Positions 29,841-41,126 are shown, numbered from the stretch's first letter. The stretch is DNA of 64,000 nucleotides from Candidatus Sulfomarinibacteraceae bacterium (GCA_963714895.1 CAVQQC010000016.1:106133-170132); one strand, 5' to 3'. Numbers and translations are program-made. The notes: generated from the sequence alone by a model not told the origin.

Positions 29841-31568
29841 CTGAATCAGTATCGGCGGCATCCAGACGACCCCCGGGGTTGCGAGGGTGCCGCTGGTCAT
29901 CCACTGCTGGAGGAACTCGACCTTGGCCTCGAGGGTGACCTGGTCGGAACCGCGCTTTCTGGTCAGCTCCTGCCACCACGACATCGGCCGCGGAAAATAC
30001 ACCAACTCGACCTCGGTGTCGGGGTCGATATCGGCCAGCATCTTGGCCTCGGCCAGCGCCTCGTCAAACCCGCCGAGCACGTCGACGAGCCCGTTTTCGA
30101 GGGCCTGGACGCCGGTGAAGACACGACCTCGACCGATCGCGTCCACCGCTTCGGGCGTCATGCCCCTTGACGCCGACACCCGACCCACGAAATCGTCGTA
30201 GATCCGGTCCAGCATGCGATCGATGATCGCGCGCTGCTCATCGGTCCAGTTCTCGAGCTCTCCGTAGATATTGGCGTTGGTTCCCGCATCGATCCTGCCG
30301 TAGGTCACGCCGAGCTTGTCCGACCAGAATCCGGAGGTGTTGAGGTGGCCGGCGTACACGCCGATGGACCCGGTCAGAGTCACCGGTTCGGCGACGATCC
30401 GCTGCGCACCGCAGGTGATCCAATAGCCGCCCGACGCGGCCACGTTCGCCATCGAGACGACGACCGGCACCTCAGCCGCAACCCTCAGCATTTCCTGGCG
30501 GATGATCTCCGACGCCATCGCGCTGCCGCCGGGCGAATCGATCCGGAAGACGACGGCCTCGACGCCGGGCGTGTCGCCGACATCCCTGAAGGCCTTGGCC
30601 ATGGTCTCCGACCCCATGATTTCGCCGCCGAGCAGCGGGTTGACGCTGTCGCCGCTCGAGCCGCGCATGATGGCACCGACACCGGTGACGACCGCGATCT
30701 TCGGGCCCCTGTGGACCTTGGCGCTCTGTTGCAGATAGGCCCGAACACCGATCTCTTTCGCGCCGGGATCGCGTTCGTCGAGGCGCTCGTTGAAGGAGGT
30801 CCAGTCTTCAAGGCGGTCGATCAGGCCGGCCTCGACCGATTCCTCGCCGATGAATGGCGCGCGGTCGATGAGGTTCCGCACCTCCTCAGCGGTCATCCCA
30901 CGGCTGTCTCCGATGCCTTCGGTCAACTCCTCCATGAGGGAATCGATCAACCACCCGGTCATCTCTTCCTGTTCGGGGGTGAACTCCTTCTCCGTGTACA
31001 TGAAGCGCGCGGTCTTGTAGTCGCCTCGCCCGGGAAATTCGGCCTGGATACCCAACTTGTCGAAGGTCCCCCGGACGAACAGCGTCCGCGAGGAGAGACC
31101 GATCAGGTTGAGGTCGCCCTGCGGGTTCATGGACACCTCGTCGCAGGCCGACGCGACGTAGTAGACCAGGTTGCCGGGCATGAACTCACCAGCGGTGTCC
31201 ATGTAGGCCGCGGTCCACTTCCCGGCGGCGCCCACCCTCGCGATCAACGACCGAAGTTCCTGCGCGGTCGCGAAACCGCCGCCGATGCTGTCGATGCGCA
31301 AGCGAAGCCCACGAACCCGATCGTCCTCTGCAACCCGGTTCAACGCGCTCCGCAGATTGCTCAGGCTGGTGGCCTGGTCGCCCATCAGTTCGGCAAACGG
31401 GTCCTCCGCGGTCACCTCGGCGATCGGCCCCGCCAACCGCAGCGACACGACCATCTCTCCGGGAAGCGACGGGGCGGCAAGCCCCCGCACCAGCACCACC
31501 ATGATGATGACGCCGAGAACAACCAGCAGGCACCCGGCACCCAGAAAAACCGTCCGCGCTTTGGCCAT
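29838..31568 (-). CDS. sppA: Signal peptide peptidase SppA (67K type, S49)
   Basis: N-terminal TM segment, GDYKTA, RIDSPGGSAMAS, SMANVAASGGYW, TGSIGV, GRVFTG. Confidence 0.95.
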   Translation of the reverse strand: MAKARTVFLGAGCLLVVLGVIIMVVLVRGLAAPSLPGEMVVSLRLAGPIAEVTAEDPFAELMGDQATSLSNLRSALNRVAEDDRVRGLRLRIDSIGGGFATAQELRSLIARVGAAGKWTAAYMDTAGEFMPGNLVYYVASACDEVSMNPQGDLNLIGLSSRTLFVRGTFDKLGIQAEFPGRGDYKTARFMYTEKEFTPEQEEMTGWLIDSLMEELTEGIGDSRGMTAEEVRNLIDRAPFIGEESVEAGLIDRLEDWTSFNERLDERDPGAKEIGVRAYLQQSAKVHRGPKIAVVTGVGAIMRGSSGDSVNPLLGGEIMGSETMAKAFRDVGDTPGVEAVVFRIDSPGGSAMASEIIRQEMLRVAAEVPVVVSMANVAASGGYWITCGAQRIVAEPVTLTGSIGVYAGHLNTSGFWSDKLGVTYGRIDAGTNANIYGELENWTDEQRAIIDRMLDRIYDDFVGRVSASRGMTPEAVDAIGRGRVFTGVQALENGLVDVLGGFDEALAEAKMLADIDPDTEVELVYFPRPMSWWQELTRKRGSDQVTLEAKVEFLQQWMTSGTLATPGVVWMPPILIQ

Positions 31569-31609
31569 CGAACACCTCCGAACCCGGTCATGGTAGCAGG
31601 GAGCGAGGC

Positions 31610-31766
31610 TTGAATTTTGAGTTTTGAGTTTTGAGTTTTGAATTCCATCGCAAACGGCAGCCGGGTCGGCTACGCCGCGACAGGCAGGCTGGCCCCACGA
31701 TCTCTCAAGATCGGTCCTTGTGGGGCAGGCGTCCCGCCTGCCACGCGTGCGGCGGAGGTGCCACTT
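31610..31766 (-). repeat. Right arm of inverted repeat flanking sppA
   Basis: (TTTTGAG)n at 31610-31644, then GATCGGTCCTTGTGGGGCAGGCGTCCCGCCTGCCACGCGTGCGGCGGAGGTGCCA. Confidence 0.85.
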
Positions 31767-31921
31767 GAGCCTCTTGCAATATTCACATTCAAAGGCGGGG
31801 CAGGCCCCGCCACTACAAGGGAATATCCTCTGTGGGTAGGGGCGGCACCTGTGCCGCCCGATCTCGATCAGGCGTGATACGTCCGATTTCGGCGGTATTT
31901 TTCGAATTCTGCAGGAGCCTC
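31767..31921 (+). mobile_element. MITE copy 1 (~155 bp), 4-bp target duplication ACTT
   Basis: Ends GAGCCTCTTGCAA / CTGCAGGAGCCTC. ACTT at 31763-31766 and 31922-31925. Near-identical copies at 47054, 47713 and 53154. Confidence 0.85.
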
Positions 31922-32129
31922 ACTTGCAACATTGTTGGAAGCTCGGCCAGAGTCGTCGCCAAGGTGATCCGGGCCAACAATGTTGCGGGTGGCTCCTCAC
32001 GGAAGGGCCCCAGGAGAAGCGGGCTTTTCTCGAACGGTCATCTCAACCCACAGCCTTCCTGCGGCGGGGCCCGCAACTCTATGGCGTCGGAATCACGTAC
32101 TATCAAGAGAACCACGACGTGGAGTGAAC

Positions 32130-34683
32130 ATGTTCACCATCGCTCGCGCCGTTGCTGCCGTGTCTGCTGTGGCGCTCGCCGCCACCTTTGCGATGTTCTC
32201 TCCTGACCGCGAATCGATTGTCGGTTGCCCCCACCCCACCACCCGTCCGGCCCGGCCCCGCATTTGACGAGCCCGGCGCAGCCATGCAACTCGCAGCGAT
32301 GAAGCGGAGGGGACCCACCTCGAATCACGACCCTGCGGCGGCCTATGACCTGGCTCGAGCCCGGATGAAATCCATGCCCCGCTACTCGACGCGACTGGGC
32401 CGACACGTGACCCGGAGAGCCGTCACGGACGTCCGTTCAAGCGAGAAGTCCGTCGCCGTTCGCGCCCTCGACCAGTGGACCCCCGTGGGGCCTGGCAACA
32501 TCGGCGGCCGAACACGCACCCTTGTCATCCACCCCGGCGATCCGGACATCATGTATGCCGGTGGCGTATCGGGGGGCGTCTGGAAGACCGTCGACGGCGG
32601 CCAGTCGTGGCTGCCGATCGCCGATGACCTTTCCAACATCGCCGTCAACTCCATGGCCATGCATCCGGAAGACCCGGAGACCCTGCTTGTGGGAACCGGC
32701 GAGGGTCACTATCGTGAGATCGTACGCGGCACCTGGCTGCCGTTGCGAGGCGCCGGGATCTATCGAACCACGGACGGCGGAGCATCCTGGGAGCGGCTGC
32801 CATCCACCACAGGCGAAGATTTCCACTGGGTCAACGATCTGATCATCAGCCCTCGCTACCCGGATCACGTCTACGCCGCGACTCGCACCGGAGTCCATTT
32901 TTCCGAAAACGGGGGGCGGACCTGGGACCGAATCCTCGATCCGGAGGTCAACGGTGGGTGTCTGGATCTCGCGATTCGAACCGACCTCTCGGTGGCACGG
33001 ATCTTCGCCTCCTGCGGCACCTTTGAACAGGCCACCGTCTATCGACTGCGTGAGATCGGAGGCGCCTCGTTCGAGCCGGTGCTCTCGCAACCCGGAATGG
33101 GCCGCACCACCCTGGCCATCGCCCCGTCCTCACCGAACGTCATCTATGCGCTGTCCGCTTCCAACGTGCCCGGGCCCGGCGGCCATTACGAGCAGGCGTT
33201 GCACGCGGTCTACCGCTCCAACGCCGGCGGCGACCCGGGTTCCTGGCAGATCCGCGTCGACAATACGAATGCAGAAAAGCTCAACACCCTGCTGCTCACG
33301 AACCCCGTCGGCGCCTCCTACGTGGAGTGCGAATGGGGGAATCAGAATTCGTGGACCCCGATGGGCTGGTACTGCAACGTGATCGCCGTCGACCCCGTCG
33401 ACCCCAACATCGTATGGGCAGCGGGCGTCGACCTCTTCCGCTCCGACGACGGGGGCCGCAACTGGGGTCTCGCCTCCTACTGGTGGGGGCGAGCCGACCC
33501 GGGATTCCCCAGCTTCGCCCACGCCGACCAGCACGCGATCGTCTTCCACCCCGATTACGACGGGGTCACGAACACCACCATGCTCGCGGCCAACGACGGC
33601 GGCGTATTCAGGACGGACAACCCCGGCGCCGTCATCGGCCGTGACGAGGACGCCATCTGCGACCCCTCACGGTCCGAGGTGGTCTTCACACCGCTCAACC
33701 ACAATCTCGGGATCACGCAGTTCTACCATGGTGCACCTTTCCCGGACGGCGTGGCCTACCTCGGCGGCACCCAGGACAACGGCACCATCATGGGCACCGA
33801 GGCATGGGGCAACGACGGCTGGATAGGCATTTCGGGTGGCGACGGTGGCTACGTGGCCGTGAACCCGACGAACCCCGACATCATCTATGCCGAGAGTCAA
33901 CGCTTCGGCTTCAGAAAATTCATCGACGGCGGCGTCGAGTATGAGTTTGCAGTGGATGGAGTCACCGAGGATCGCTCCAACTTCCTCTTCGTGACCCCCT
34001 TCACCATGGACCCCAACAACCCCGAGCGCCTCTGGACCGGTGGCCGGACACTGTGGCGGACCGACAACGGCGCCGAGTTCTGGGCCGCGGCGAGTCAGAC
34101 CCCACTGGGAACCGGTCAGGTGAGCGCCATCGCCGTCGAGCCCGGAGACTCGCAGTCAGTGCTGGTGGGCACGACCGACGGTTTCATCTACCGATCCACG
34201 AGGGCACTGTCTGCGCACGCCTCGACTTCGTGGGAGAACAGTCGCCCCCGCTTGGGATTCGTCACATCCATCGCGTTCGACCCCTCGTCACCGGGTGTCG
34301 TGTACGCCACCTTCGCCGAGTTCGGTGGGATGCACGTCTGGCGGTCCACCGACACCGGCGTGACCTGGGAGGCCATCGACGGCACCGGCGCATCGTCGGT
34401 TCCCGACATCCCGGTTCACTGTATCGTCGTCGACCCCGAGAACCCCCGACGCCTCTATCTCGGTACCGATCTCGGCGTCTTCCTCTCCCGCAACGGAGGT
34501 GCCACCTGGGCGGTGGAGAACACGGGTTTCGCCAGTGTCGTGACCGAGTGGCTGGCATTGGGTTCCGACACCGGCGGTGCTCCGTTGCTCTTCGCCTTCA
34601 CCCACGGACGAGGGGCATGGAAGGTGGGGCTCCGTCCGACCCCTCCCGAGCCGCTCCGGCCGTCGGCCCGCCGGCGACCGTAG
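32130..34683 (+). CDS. Secreted BNR/Asp-box (VPS10/GH74-like) beta-propeller protein; frameshift near 32240
   Basis: Signal peptide from ATG 32130; WTPVGPGNIGGRTR, GGVWKTVDGGQSW, HADQH, GGTQDNG, GGDGG, THGRGAW. Basic C-terminal tail PLRPSARRRP. Confidence 0.85.
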
Positions 34684-34692
34684 CCCTGGACA

Positions 34693-34780
34693 TCTGTCGC
34701 CGCTCCGCGGCTTGTATGATTTCTTCCCCGTTTTCCTGGGGCTCACGCCCCAGGCTACAGCCTGTCGCTCCTTCGGAGCT
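34693..34780. repeat. Multi-hairpin intergenic repeat (REP-like)
   Basis: TGTCGCCGCTCCGCGGCT...CCTGGGGCTCACGCCCCAGG...TGTCGCTCCTTCGGAGCT. Single copy in this window. Confidence 0.5.
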
Positions 34781-34941
34781 CGCGCCCAGCAGTCCCCCGA
34801 ACTCATGCTTTTCTCGATGTCCTCGCGGGAGGCAAGTGTGGATACGAGACCCGTGCGGCGGAGGTGTCCGTCATCGGCTCGGGTCACGCAGATCTTGAAC
34901 CGCGAAGGGTCGGTCCTGCAGTCTGCTCTCCGACGGCGGGA

Positions 34942-35021
34942 CTGAAGGTGGGCCAAGGCCCACCCTACTTCGGAGTCACAGACCGAGTGGGCCGGTAGGG
35001 TGGGCTTCAGCCCACCTTCAG
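34942..35021. repeat. GTAG-family REP doublet, second family
   Basis: CTGAAGGTGGGCCAAGGCCCACCCTAC ... GTAGGGTGGGCTTCAGCCCACCTTCAG. Confidence 0.8.
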
Positions 35022-35066
35022 AGTCGTTCAAATGTTCCTGGCGATCTGGAACAGCGTGGTTTCCGT

Positions 35067-35966
35067 CTACACCTTCGTGCAGTACCTGAACAGCCCAGCG
35101 GAACTCTCTTTCACCGGGCACAGCTTGCGGTACCTCGCTGCCGCCTCGGGCGGGACCCGCGAGATTTCCATTTCACGCTCGTCCTGCGCCGCAAGCGCCT
35201 TCCCCAACGCTTCGCGGTCACCTCCCTCTGCGACCACCCGCCGCGCGGTTTCGGTCCAGCCGAGCAGGCGGTCTTCGAGCTCGTCGAGGTGGCGGGCGGG
35301 ATCGTCGAACGCGCCGTAGTGGGTCAACAACAACCGCGACGGCGCGAGGCGGCGCAACAACGCCAGGCTCGCGCGCCAGTCCTCGATCTCGATATCGGGT
35401 GGGGGCATGGGCGGCAGAACGTGGGTCGCCCCGGGAAAACGGACTCCTCCCACGTCACCGGTGGCCACCGCATCTCCGATCTGCCAGGCGACGTGGTGGA
35501 CCGCGTGACCCGGGGTGTGGTGGGCGACGATTTCAAGCCCCCCCACGTTGATCGACTCACCGTTTTCGACCGAGCGAAGCTGGGTTTCCGGAACGCTTTC
35601 GGTGACGCCCCACAACGGCACCATCATGTCCTTGTAGATCCGCTCGGCGGAGGGCAGAAGCTTGTCGCCGGGGTTGGCCAGGTGGGGAGCACCGGCCGGG
35701 TGCGAGAAGACCTTGCACCCGGTCTTCCGCGCGAGAACGCCGGCGCCTCCCGAGTGGTCGAGGTGGACGTGGGTGGCAAAAATCGCGCGCAGCTGACCGA
35801 GTTCGAAACCGGCGTCGTTCACCCGCCGTTCGAGAACCTTCACCGAGCTGGCAGGACCGGTTTCGAAAAGCACGAACCCCTCTTCCACCGGTACCAGGAA
35901 TGACGCGATGATCTCCGTCGCGCCGAAGAACTCGAGGTCGAGCGTCTGGATGTGCGGGGTCGTCAT
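35067..35966 (-). CDS. Metallo-beta-lactamase fold hydrolase
   Basis: THVHLDHSGG, TPGHAVHH, TGD, LTHYG. Confidence 0.92.
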   Translation of the reverse strand: MTTPHIQTLDLEFFGATEIIASFLVPVEEGFVLFETGPASSVKVLERRVNDAGFELGQLRAIFATHVHLDHSGGAGVLARKTGCKVFSHPAGAPHLANPGDKLLPSAERIYKDMMVPLWGVTESVPETQLRSVENGESINVGGLEIVAHHTPGHAVHHVAWQIGDAVATGDVGGVRFPGATHVLPPMPPPDIEIEDWRASLALLRRLAPSRLLLTHYGAFDDPARHLDELEDRLLGWTETARRVVAEGGDREALGKALAAQDEREMEISRVPPEAAARYRKLCPVKESSAGLFRYCTKV

Positions 35967-36022
35967 GGCACCCTCCCGGGGTTCAGTGTACGCTGTCCGG
36001 GCGCCCGTCAAGGAGGACCCCG

Positions 36023-36436
36023 ATGCGCCACCTCATACTCGTCGCACTCATGTGTGCAGCCGCTGGTTGCGCCACCACGGGCGGCGCCCCGACCCTCAGG
36101 GCGGACTGCGAGGACCGCTTCGACACGGTGTGGGTCTCTGCGCAGACAGCGGTGGGCCGGCTCGGCGGAACCGTCCTCAGCGCGAACCGGGCTTCGGGGG
36201 CCATCCTCGGCCGCCTCGACTCGGACGTGCTCGGCGCCGAGATCGATCTCCACATCAACCTGAGCAGGCTGCCCGACCACAACCCCGGAACCCAGCAGCC
36301 CGTGACCGTCACCATCAAGGCCAGCGACACCCGCGTGGCCGAGCCGGATGCTTACCGGGTGGAGGAACTGCGTTCCCTGGAAGATCAATACCTTCGGCTG
36401 GTCGGGGAACGCGCGGCCTGCAGCGGGCCCGTGTGA
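36023..36436 (+). CDS. Hypothetical lipoprotein
   Basis: RBS AAGGAGG; signal peptide with lipobox AAGC. Confidence 0.75.
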   Translation: MRHLILVALMCAAAGCATTGGAPTLRADCEDRFDTVWVSAQTAVGRLGGTVLSANRASGAILGRLDSDVLGAEIDLHINLSRLPDHNPGTQQPVTVTIKASDTRVAEPDAYRVEELRSLEDQYLRLVGERAACSGPV

Positions 36437-36563
36437 TCCTCCTCCGCCGAGACGTTCTGGTCCCGGAGCTCCTCGGACGGCTCACAAGGTATGATGGATT
36501 CAGGGAAGAAGCCGACGGGCACGGGGCTCGGAACGGCGCCGCGATGCAATCGAAGGAGGCCAG

Positions 36564-36809
36564 ATGTCCGACGATAGAAAAACAAAGCTGCTCTCGATCG
36601 TCATCCTGTTCCTGCTGGGAACCACCCTGTACAACACTCTGAGGGCGAATGACTACGGACACCGAACCACCAACTTCCGCAAGGAAGTCCGCTATCAGAT
36701 GGCCGCAACGCGTCGGGCCTTCGCCGAACAGAGCCAGATCAACCAGGATTTGCAGCGCCAGATCGACGCACTGGTTGCGGCCCAGAGCGCCGGCGCGCCT
36801 GCGAAGTAG
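36564..36809 (+). CDS. Small membrane-anchored coiled-coil protein
   Basis: RBS AAGGAGG; hydrophobic N-terminus; QINQDLQRQIDALV heptads. Confidence 0.65.
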   Translation: MSDDRKTKLLSIVILFLLGTTLYNTLRANDYGHRTTNFRKEVRYQMAATRRAFAEQSQINQDLQRQIDALVAAQSAGAPAK

Positions 36810-36858
36810 TCATTTCCGTCGAGCATCTGGAACGGCGCTGTGCAGGCCTGATCCAGCC

Positions 36859-38178
36859 TCAGTCCGTCTCGATACCCCTCCGAGCCACCGCCTCGAACAC
36901 GAGGTCAAGCCACGGTCCGGAAGCACCCAGTCTCGCGAGGTTGCCGAAGTGCCCGCCCAGCGCACGATTGATGAAAATGGCGTCTTCGGGGAACTGCATG
37001 TCCATCGAGTACTGCCAGTTGTCCATGCCGATGTCGAACAGGCGGCGGTAGATGTCGGGGTCCTCGCCGAAGGTGTAGGGCGGTGAGGCCCTGAGGACCT
37101 CACTGAACAACTCGAGATAGGGGTCGATCGCCGGCGACGGCATCGGTGATCCGTCGTTCATGTGAATCCCCATCTTGACGAGAATTCGAGCAATCTCGTC
37201 GCCGCGCCCATGTGCCGTCGCCACCAACAGCTCGGCGTACCTGGTTGCCATGTCCTCCGGGACCCGCTTGACGCTGCCGAAGTCGTACACCACCACCCGG
37301 CCGTCCTCGAGGAAGGCGAAATTGGCGAGGTTCGGGTCGGCGTGCAAGAAACGATGTTCGAGGAGGCCGCGCAACAGAAACTCCGCCAGGACGACGCCCC
37401 ACCGGTTTCTCAATCCCGGTTCGGCCGCGCACGCCCGGTCCGGAGACATGCCCGGCACGTATTCCAGCGTCAGAATGTTACGGGTGGTCGCTTCCTCCAC
37501 CACCTGCGGGATCACGATATCCGGCACGTCGGCGTGGAGTTCCGTCATGCGCCGGATATTGGCCGCCTCGTTCTGGTAGTCGAGTTCTTCCATCAAACGG
37601 TCGTTGAGCTCCGACCAGATCGGATCGAAATCGATGTCGGAGATCATCGCGAGCAGGGTTCGGACCAGGGCCTTCAGGTTCTTGAGGTCGGCCTCGACAA
37701 TGTGGTCGATCAACGGGTACTGGATCTTCACCGCAACGTCGCGGCCGTCCCGCAGCCTGCCGCGATGAACCTGGCCGATCGACGCCGCGGCAAAGGCGTC
37801 GAAATCCAGGCTCTCAAACAGTTCGTCGAAGTTCGCGAGGGCACCGCGGATCTCGAACTCCATCACCTCGGCAGGCACCTTCGGCGCTTCCTGTTGCAGA
37901 CCGCGCAAGACCTCGGCAACTTCCGGCGGCAGCATCCCGTCGTGCAGACTCAGCATCTGGCCGATCTTCATCGCGGCGCCCTTCATCTCACCGAGGGTCT
38001 CGACGATACGGGCCGCATTGTGGACCAGGTTTTCGGTCTTCTTGATCTGCTTCGAGGGCCCGGACCGGGCGATGTCCAGAATCTGGCTGCCGATCACCGA
38101 CGCCCCCACCCGGCCCGCCAACCCACCGAGTTTGGCGAAGCGGCGCACGGCCGATGTGATCATGTCGTTGTCAGTCAA
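36859..38178 (-). CDS. ABC1/UbiB (AarF) family atypical kinase
   Basis: MKIGQ, AAASIGQVH, VAVKIQYP, EELDY, HADPNLANF, YDFG. Confidence 0.93.
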   Translation of the reverse strand: MTDNDMITSAVRRFAKLGGLAGRVGASVIGSQILDIARSGPSKQIKKTENLVHNAARIVETLGEMKGAAMKIGQMLSLHDGMLPPEVAEVLRGLQQEAPKVPAEVMEFEIRGALANFDELFESLDFDAFAAASIGQVHRGRLRDGRDVAVKIQYPLIDHIVEADLKNLKALVRTLLAMISDIDFDPIWSELNDRLMEELDYQNEAANIRRMTELHADVPDIVIPQVVEEATTRNILTLEYVPGMSPDRACAAEPGLRNRWGVVLAEFLLRGLLEHRFLHADPNLANFAFLEDGRVVVYDFGSVKRVPEDMATRYAELLVATAHGRGDEIARILVKMGIHMNDGSPMPSPAIDPYLELFSEVLRASPPYTFGEDPDIYRRLFDIGMDNWQYSMDMQFPEDAIFINRALGGHFGNLARLGASGPWLDLVFEAVARRGIETD

Positions 38179-38345
38179 TGTGGTCCTGGTTCCGCAGCGG
38201 CCGCGGTCGGGTTCTCCGGGTCGTCGGTTCTCCGCGCCTCGACCCGAGGTTGAAATCCCGGTGCAGCGGCCTCCCCCGGATTATAGGCCTTCAAGCTGGA
38301 TCGATTCTCACTCTTGATGCCGTTCTGAGATGAGAGTTATTCGTG

Positions 38346-38380
38346 TTGACAAATAGAGTTTAATGCTACATATTAGCATT
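38346..38380 (+). promoter_or_regulatory. Promoter with overlapping AT-rich operator (candidate Fur/PerR-family box)
   Basis: TTGACA at 38346. Perfect inverted repeat AATGCTA-catat-TAGCATT at 38362-38380 covers the -10 region. Confidence 0.65.
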
Positions 38381-38418
38381 TAGTTGAAACCCCACGATCT
38401 CGATCAAGCAGGGCGGAA

Positions 38419-38880
38419 ATGGACGCATCGAAACAAGAAGACCGCATCCAGGAATTCAAACGCATCTGCCGCGAGCGCGGCGAGCGTTTCACGGTGCAGC
38501 GCAGGATCATCCTCGAAACGGTCCTCGATCTCGACAACCACCCGTCGGCCGACCAGATCTACGAAGCCGTCGAGTCTCGCCTCCCAGGTATCGCCCGCAC
38601 GACGGTCTACCGAACTCTCGAGCACCTCGCTCGAATGGGGGTCATCACCAAGGCCTGCCACCCGGGCAGGGTCGCCCGTTTCGACCCGCGCACCGAAATC
38701 CACCACCACCTGGTGTGCCTCGACTGCAACGAGTTCTTCGACTTCGAGGACGACGGGTTGAACCGATTGATCATGCCCGACACCTCGGACTTCGGCTTCG
38801 AAGTCAGCGACTACCGCGTTCAGATCAGGGGAATCTGTCAACACTGCAGAGAAAACCGAGAGAAGGAGGATTCGCAATGA
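38419..38880 (+). CDS. Fur/PerR family transcriptional regulator
   Basis: TVQRRIIL, HPSADQIY, TTVYRTL, HHHLVCLDC, GICQHC. Confidence 0.93.
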   Translation: MDASKQEDRIQEFKRICRERGERFTVQRRIILETVLDLDNHPSADQIYEAVESRLPGIARTTVYRTLEHLARMGVITKACHPGRVARFDPRTEIHHHLVCLDCNEFFDFEDDGLNRLIMPDTSDFGFEVSDYRVQIRGICQHCRENREKEDSQ

Positions 38881-40028
38881 GGAAAAGAATATTCATCGTG
38901 CTCCTGGGCGCGGCCCTGCTGGCCGCGGCGGGAGCCCTCAGCAATGCCGGACAGGAGCCGTCGACGCCGCTGGGTCTGCCCCCGGTGCCGATCCCGGAGG
39001 ACAATCCACAGACGCCTGAAAAGATCGCTCTCGGGGAAAAGCTCTACAACGAAACTCGATTCAGCACCACGGGTGAGGTCGGCTGCTTCACCTGCCACGA
39101 CCAGAAAAAGGCCTTCACGGACACCCCTCTGAAGACCTCTGAAGGCATCGACAAACTCACCGGCACCCGCAACTCACCGACCGTGATCAACTCCGCCTAC
39201 TTCACGACGCAGTTCTGGGACGGCCGCTCGCCGGACCTCGAAGACCAGTCGCTGCAGCCGTTCATCAACCCGGTGGAGCACGGGCTCAAGAACTACGACC
39301 CGATCCTCGAGATCGTGCGCACCGACCCCGAGTACGCCGCGGCATTCAAGGCGGTCTTCGGAAAATCGGGCGAGGACATCACGATGAGGGAAGTCTCCCT
39401 CGCGATCGCTTCGTTCGAGAGAACCGTGATCTCCGGGAATTCTCCTTTTGACCGTTACTACTTCGCCGGCGAAATGGACGCCCTGACCGAGCAGCAGATC
39501 CGCGGCTTCGACCTGTTCGTCAACCAGGGCCGCTGTGTCTCCTGCCACGTCGTCGAGCAGACGCAGGCTCTCTTCACCGACAACCGCTTCCACAACATCG
39601 GGGTCGGCATCAACAACATTCAAGCGGATGTTCCCAAGCTCGCCGCGAATTTCATCGAGGCCGATATGAATCTGTCCGAGGTCGATGTCGAGGTCTTGAC
39701 CGACCCGAAGACGTCCGAGCTGGGTCGTTTTGCCATCAGCCACGGTTTTGACGATCTCGGGTCTTTCAAGACCCCGACCTTGCGCAACGTCGCCGTCACC
39801 GCCCCATACATGCACGACGGCAGCGTCGAGACCCTCAAGGACGTGGTCATTCACTACAACAACGGCGGCGTGACCGACGTCGGCGATCCCGTCAACGACT
39901 TCCTGTCCGGCGGCATTCGACCACTCAATCTCGACGAGGACCAGATCGACGATCTGGTGGCGTTCATGGAGGCCCTGACCAGCCCTGAATTCGCGATGCC
40001 GGCCGAAGCAGCCGGCGACGAGAAGTAG
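38877..40028 (+). CDS. Diheme cytochrome c peroxidase/MauG/MbnH superfamily protein
   Basis: ATG 38877 and signal peptide; CFTCH, QFWDGR, CVSCH, FKTPTLRNV, TAPYMHDG..L.DVVIHY. Confidence 0.92.
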   Translation: MRKRIFIVLLGAALLAAAGALSNAGQEPSTPLGLPPVPIPEDNPQTPEKIALGEKLYNETRFSTTGEVGCFTCHDQKKAFTDTPLKTSEGIDKLTGTRNSPTVINSAYFTTQFWDGRSPDLEDQSLQPFINPVEHGLKNYDPILEIVRTDPEYAAAFKAVFGKSGEDITMREVSLAIASFERTVISGNSPFDRYYFAGEMDALTEQQIRGFDLFVNQGRCVSCHVVEQTQALFTDNRFHNIGVGINNIQADVPKLAANFIEADMNLSEVDVEVLTDPKTSELGRFAISHGFDDLGSFKTPTLRNVAVTAPYMHDGSVETLKDVVIHYNNGGVTDVGDPVNDFLSGGIRPLNLDEDQIDDLVAFMEALTSPEFAMPAEAAGDEK

Positions 40029-40038
40029 AGGTACAACA

Positions 40039-41116
40039 ATGACTGACTCAAAACTGACCCGACGCGGATTCATCAAAGGTGCGGGCGCAGTGGCCGCGGC
40101 CAGCGCCCTGCCCGTCAGCATGGTGGAGCTCGCCTTTGCCGACCCGGCAAAGAACTTCACCTTCGCCTACATCTCCGACGCCCATATTCAACACATCTCG
40201 GGTTCCCGTTTCGTCTACAACTGGGACCGCGGTCTGATCCGTGCGGTCGCCGAGACCAATTTGCTGGAGCCCCGGCCCGATTTCGTGATGTTCGGCGGCG
40301 ACCTGGCCCAGCTCGGCAGCAAACCCGAGCTCGACCACGGCGCCGAAATGCTCGCCAAGCTGAACTACAAGACCCACATGGTCATGGGCGAGCACGACTA
40401 TTATCTGGACCTCGGTGAGTACTGGTCGGAGCTCTTCGGGCCCCAGTGGTACAGCTTCGACCACAAGGGTGTGCATTTCATCGTTCTCAACAGCATTCTC
40501 ACCTACGACGAGTGGACGTTCGATCGATGGCCTACGCCTGAGCAGCGGATGCTCGAGATGGCCGGCCTCGACAACCCCAACGGTTCGCCCTTCATGGTCG
40601 GCGACAAGCAGCGCCAGTGGCTCGCCAAGGACCTCTCCGGGCGTCGCAAAAACCACCCCTGTCGTGGTCTTCTCCCACTCCCCGATCCAGAAGATCTACA
40701 AGGGCTGGAACTTCTGGACCGAGGACGCCGAGGAAGTGCAGGCCATCCTCCAGCCGTTCAACGATGCAACGGTGGTGTACGGCCACGTCCACCAGATCCA
40801 GTACAACCAGATCGGCAACATCAGCTTTAACGCGGTGATGGCCACCGCCTGGCCGTGGCCCTACCCGAGATCCTATGCGCAGGCCGAGAGCCACATGCCG
40901 AAGGTCACCGTGCCGATGAACCGGGCCAACCCGTTCTTCGAGCGCGACGCCACCGGCTGGCAGTTCATCAACTTGAACACGGGCCGCGTCGATCTCGAGT
41001 ACAACCTCTACAGCAACACCAACCGAACGGTGGCCTACAACCCGAAGACCGGCATGCCCGAGGACACGAAATACCAGGACCCGGCCGACCGGATCCCGCC
41101 GCAAACGCAGTACTAG
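40039..41116 (+). CDS. Tat-exported calcineurin-like metallophosphoesterase; frameshift near 40640
   Basis: LTRRGFIK Tat motif; SDAH, GGDLAQ, GEHD, FSHSP, YGHVH; C-terminal ATAWPWPY. Confidence 0.88.
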
Positions 41117-41126
41117 GAGGCTAGCA

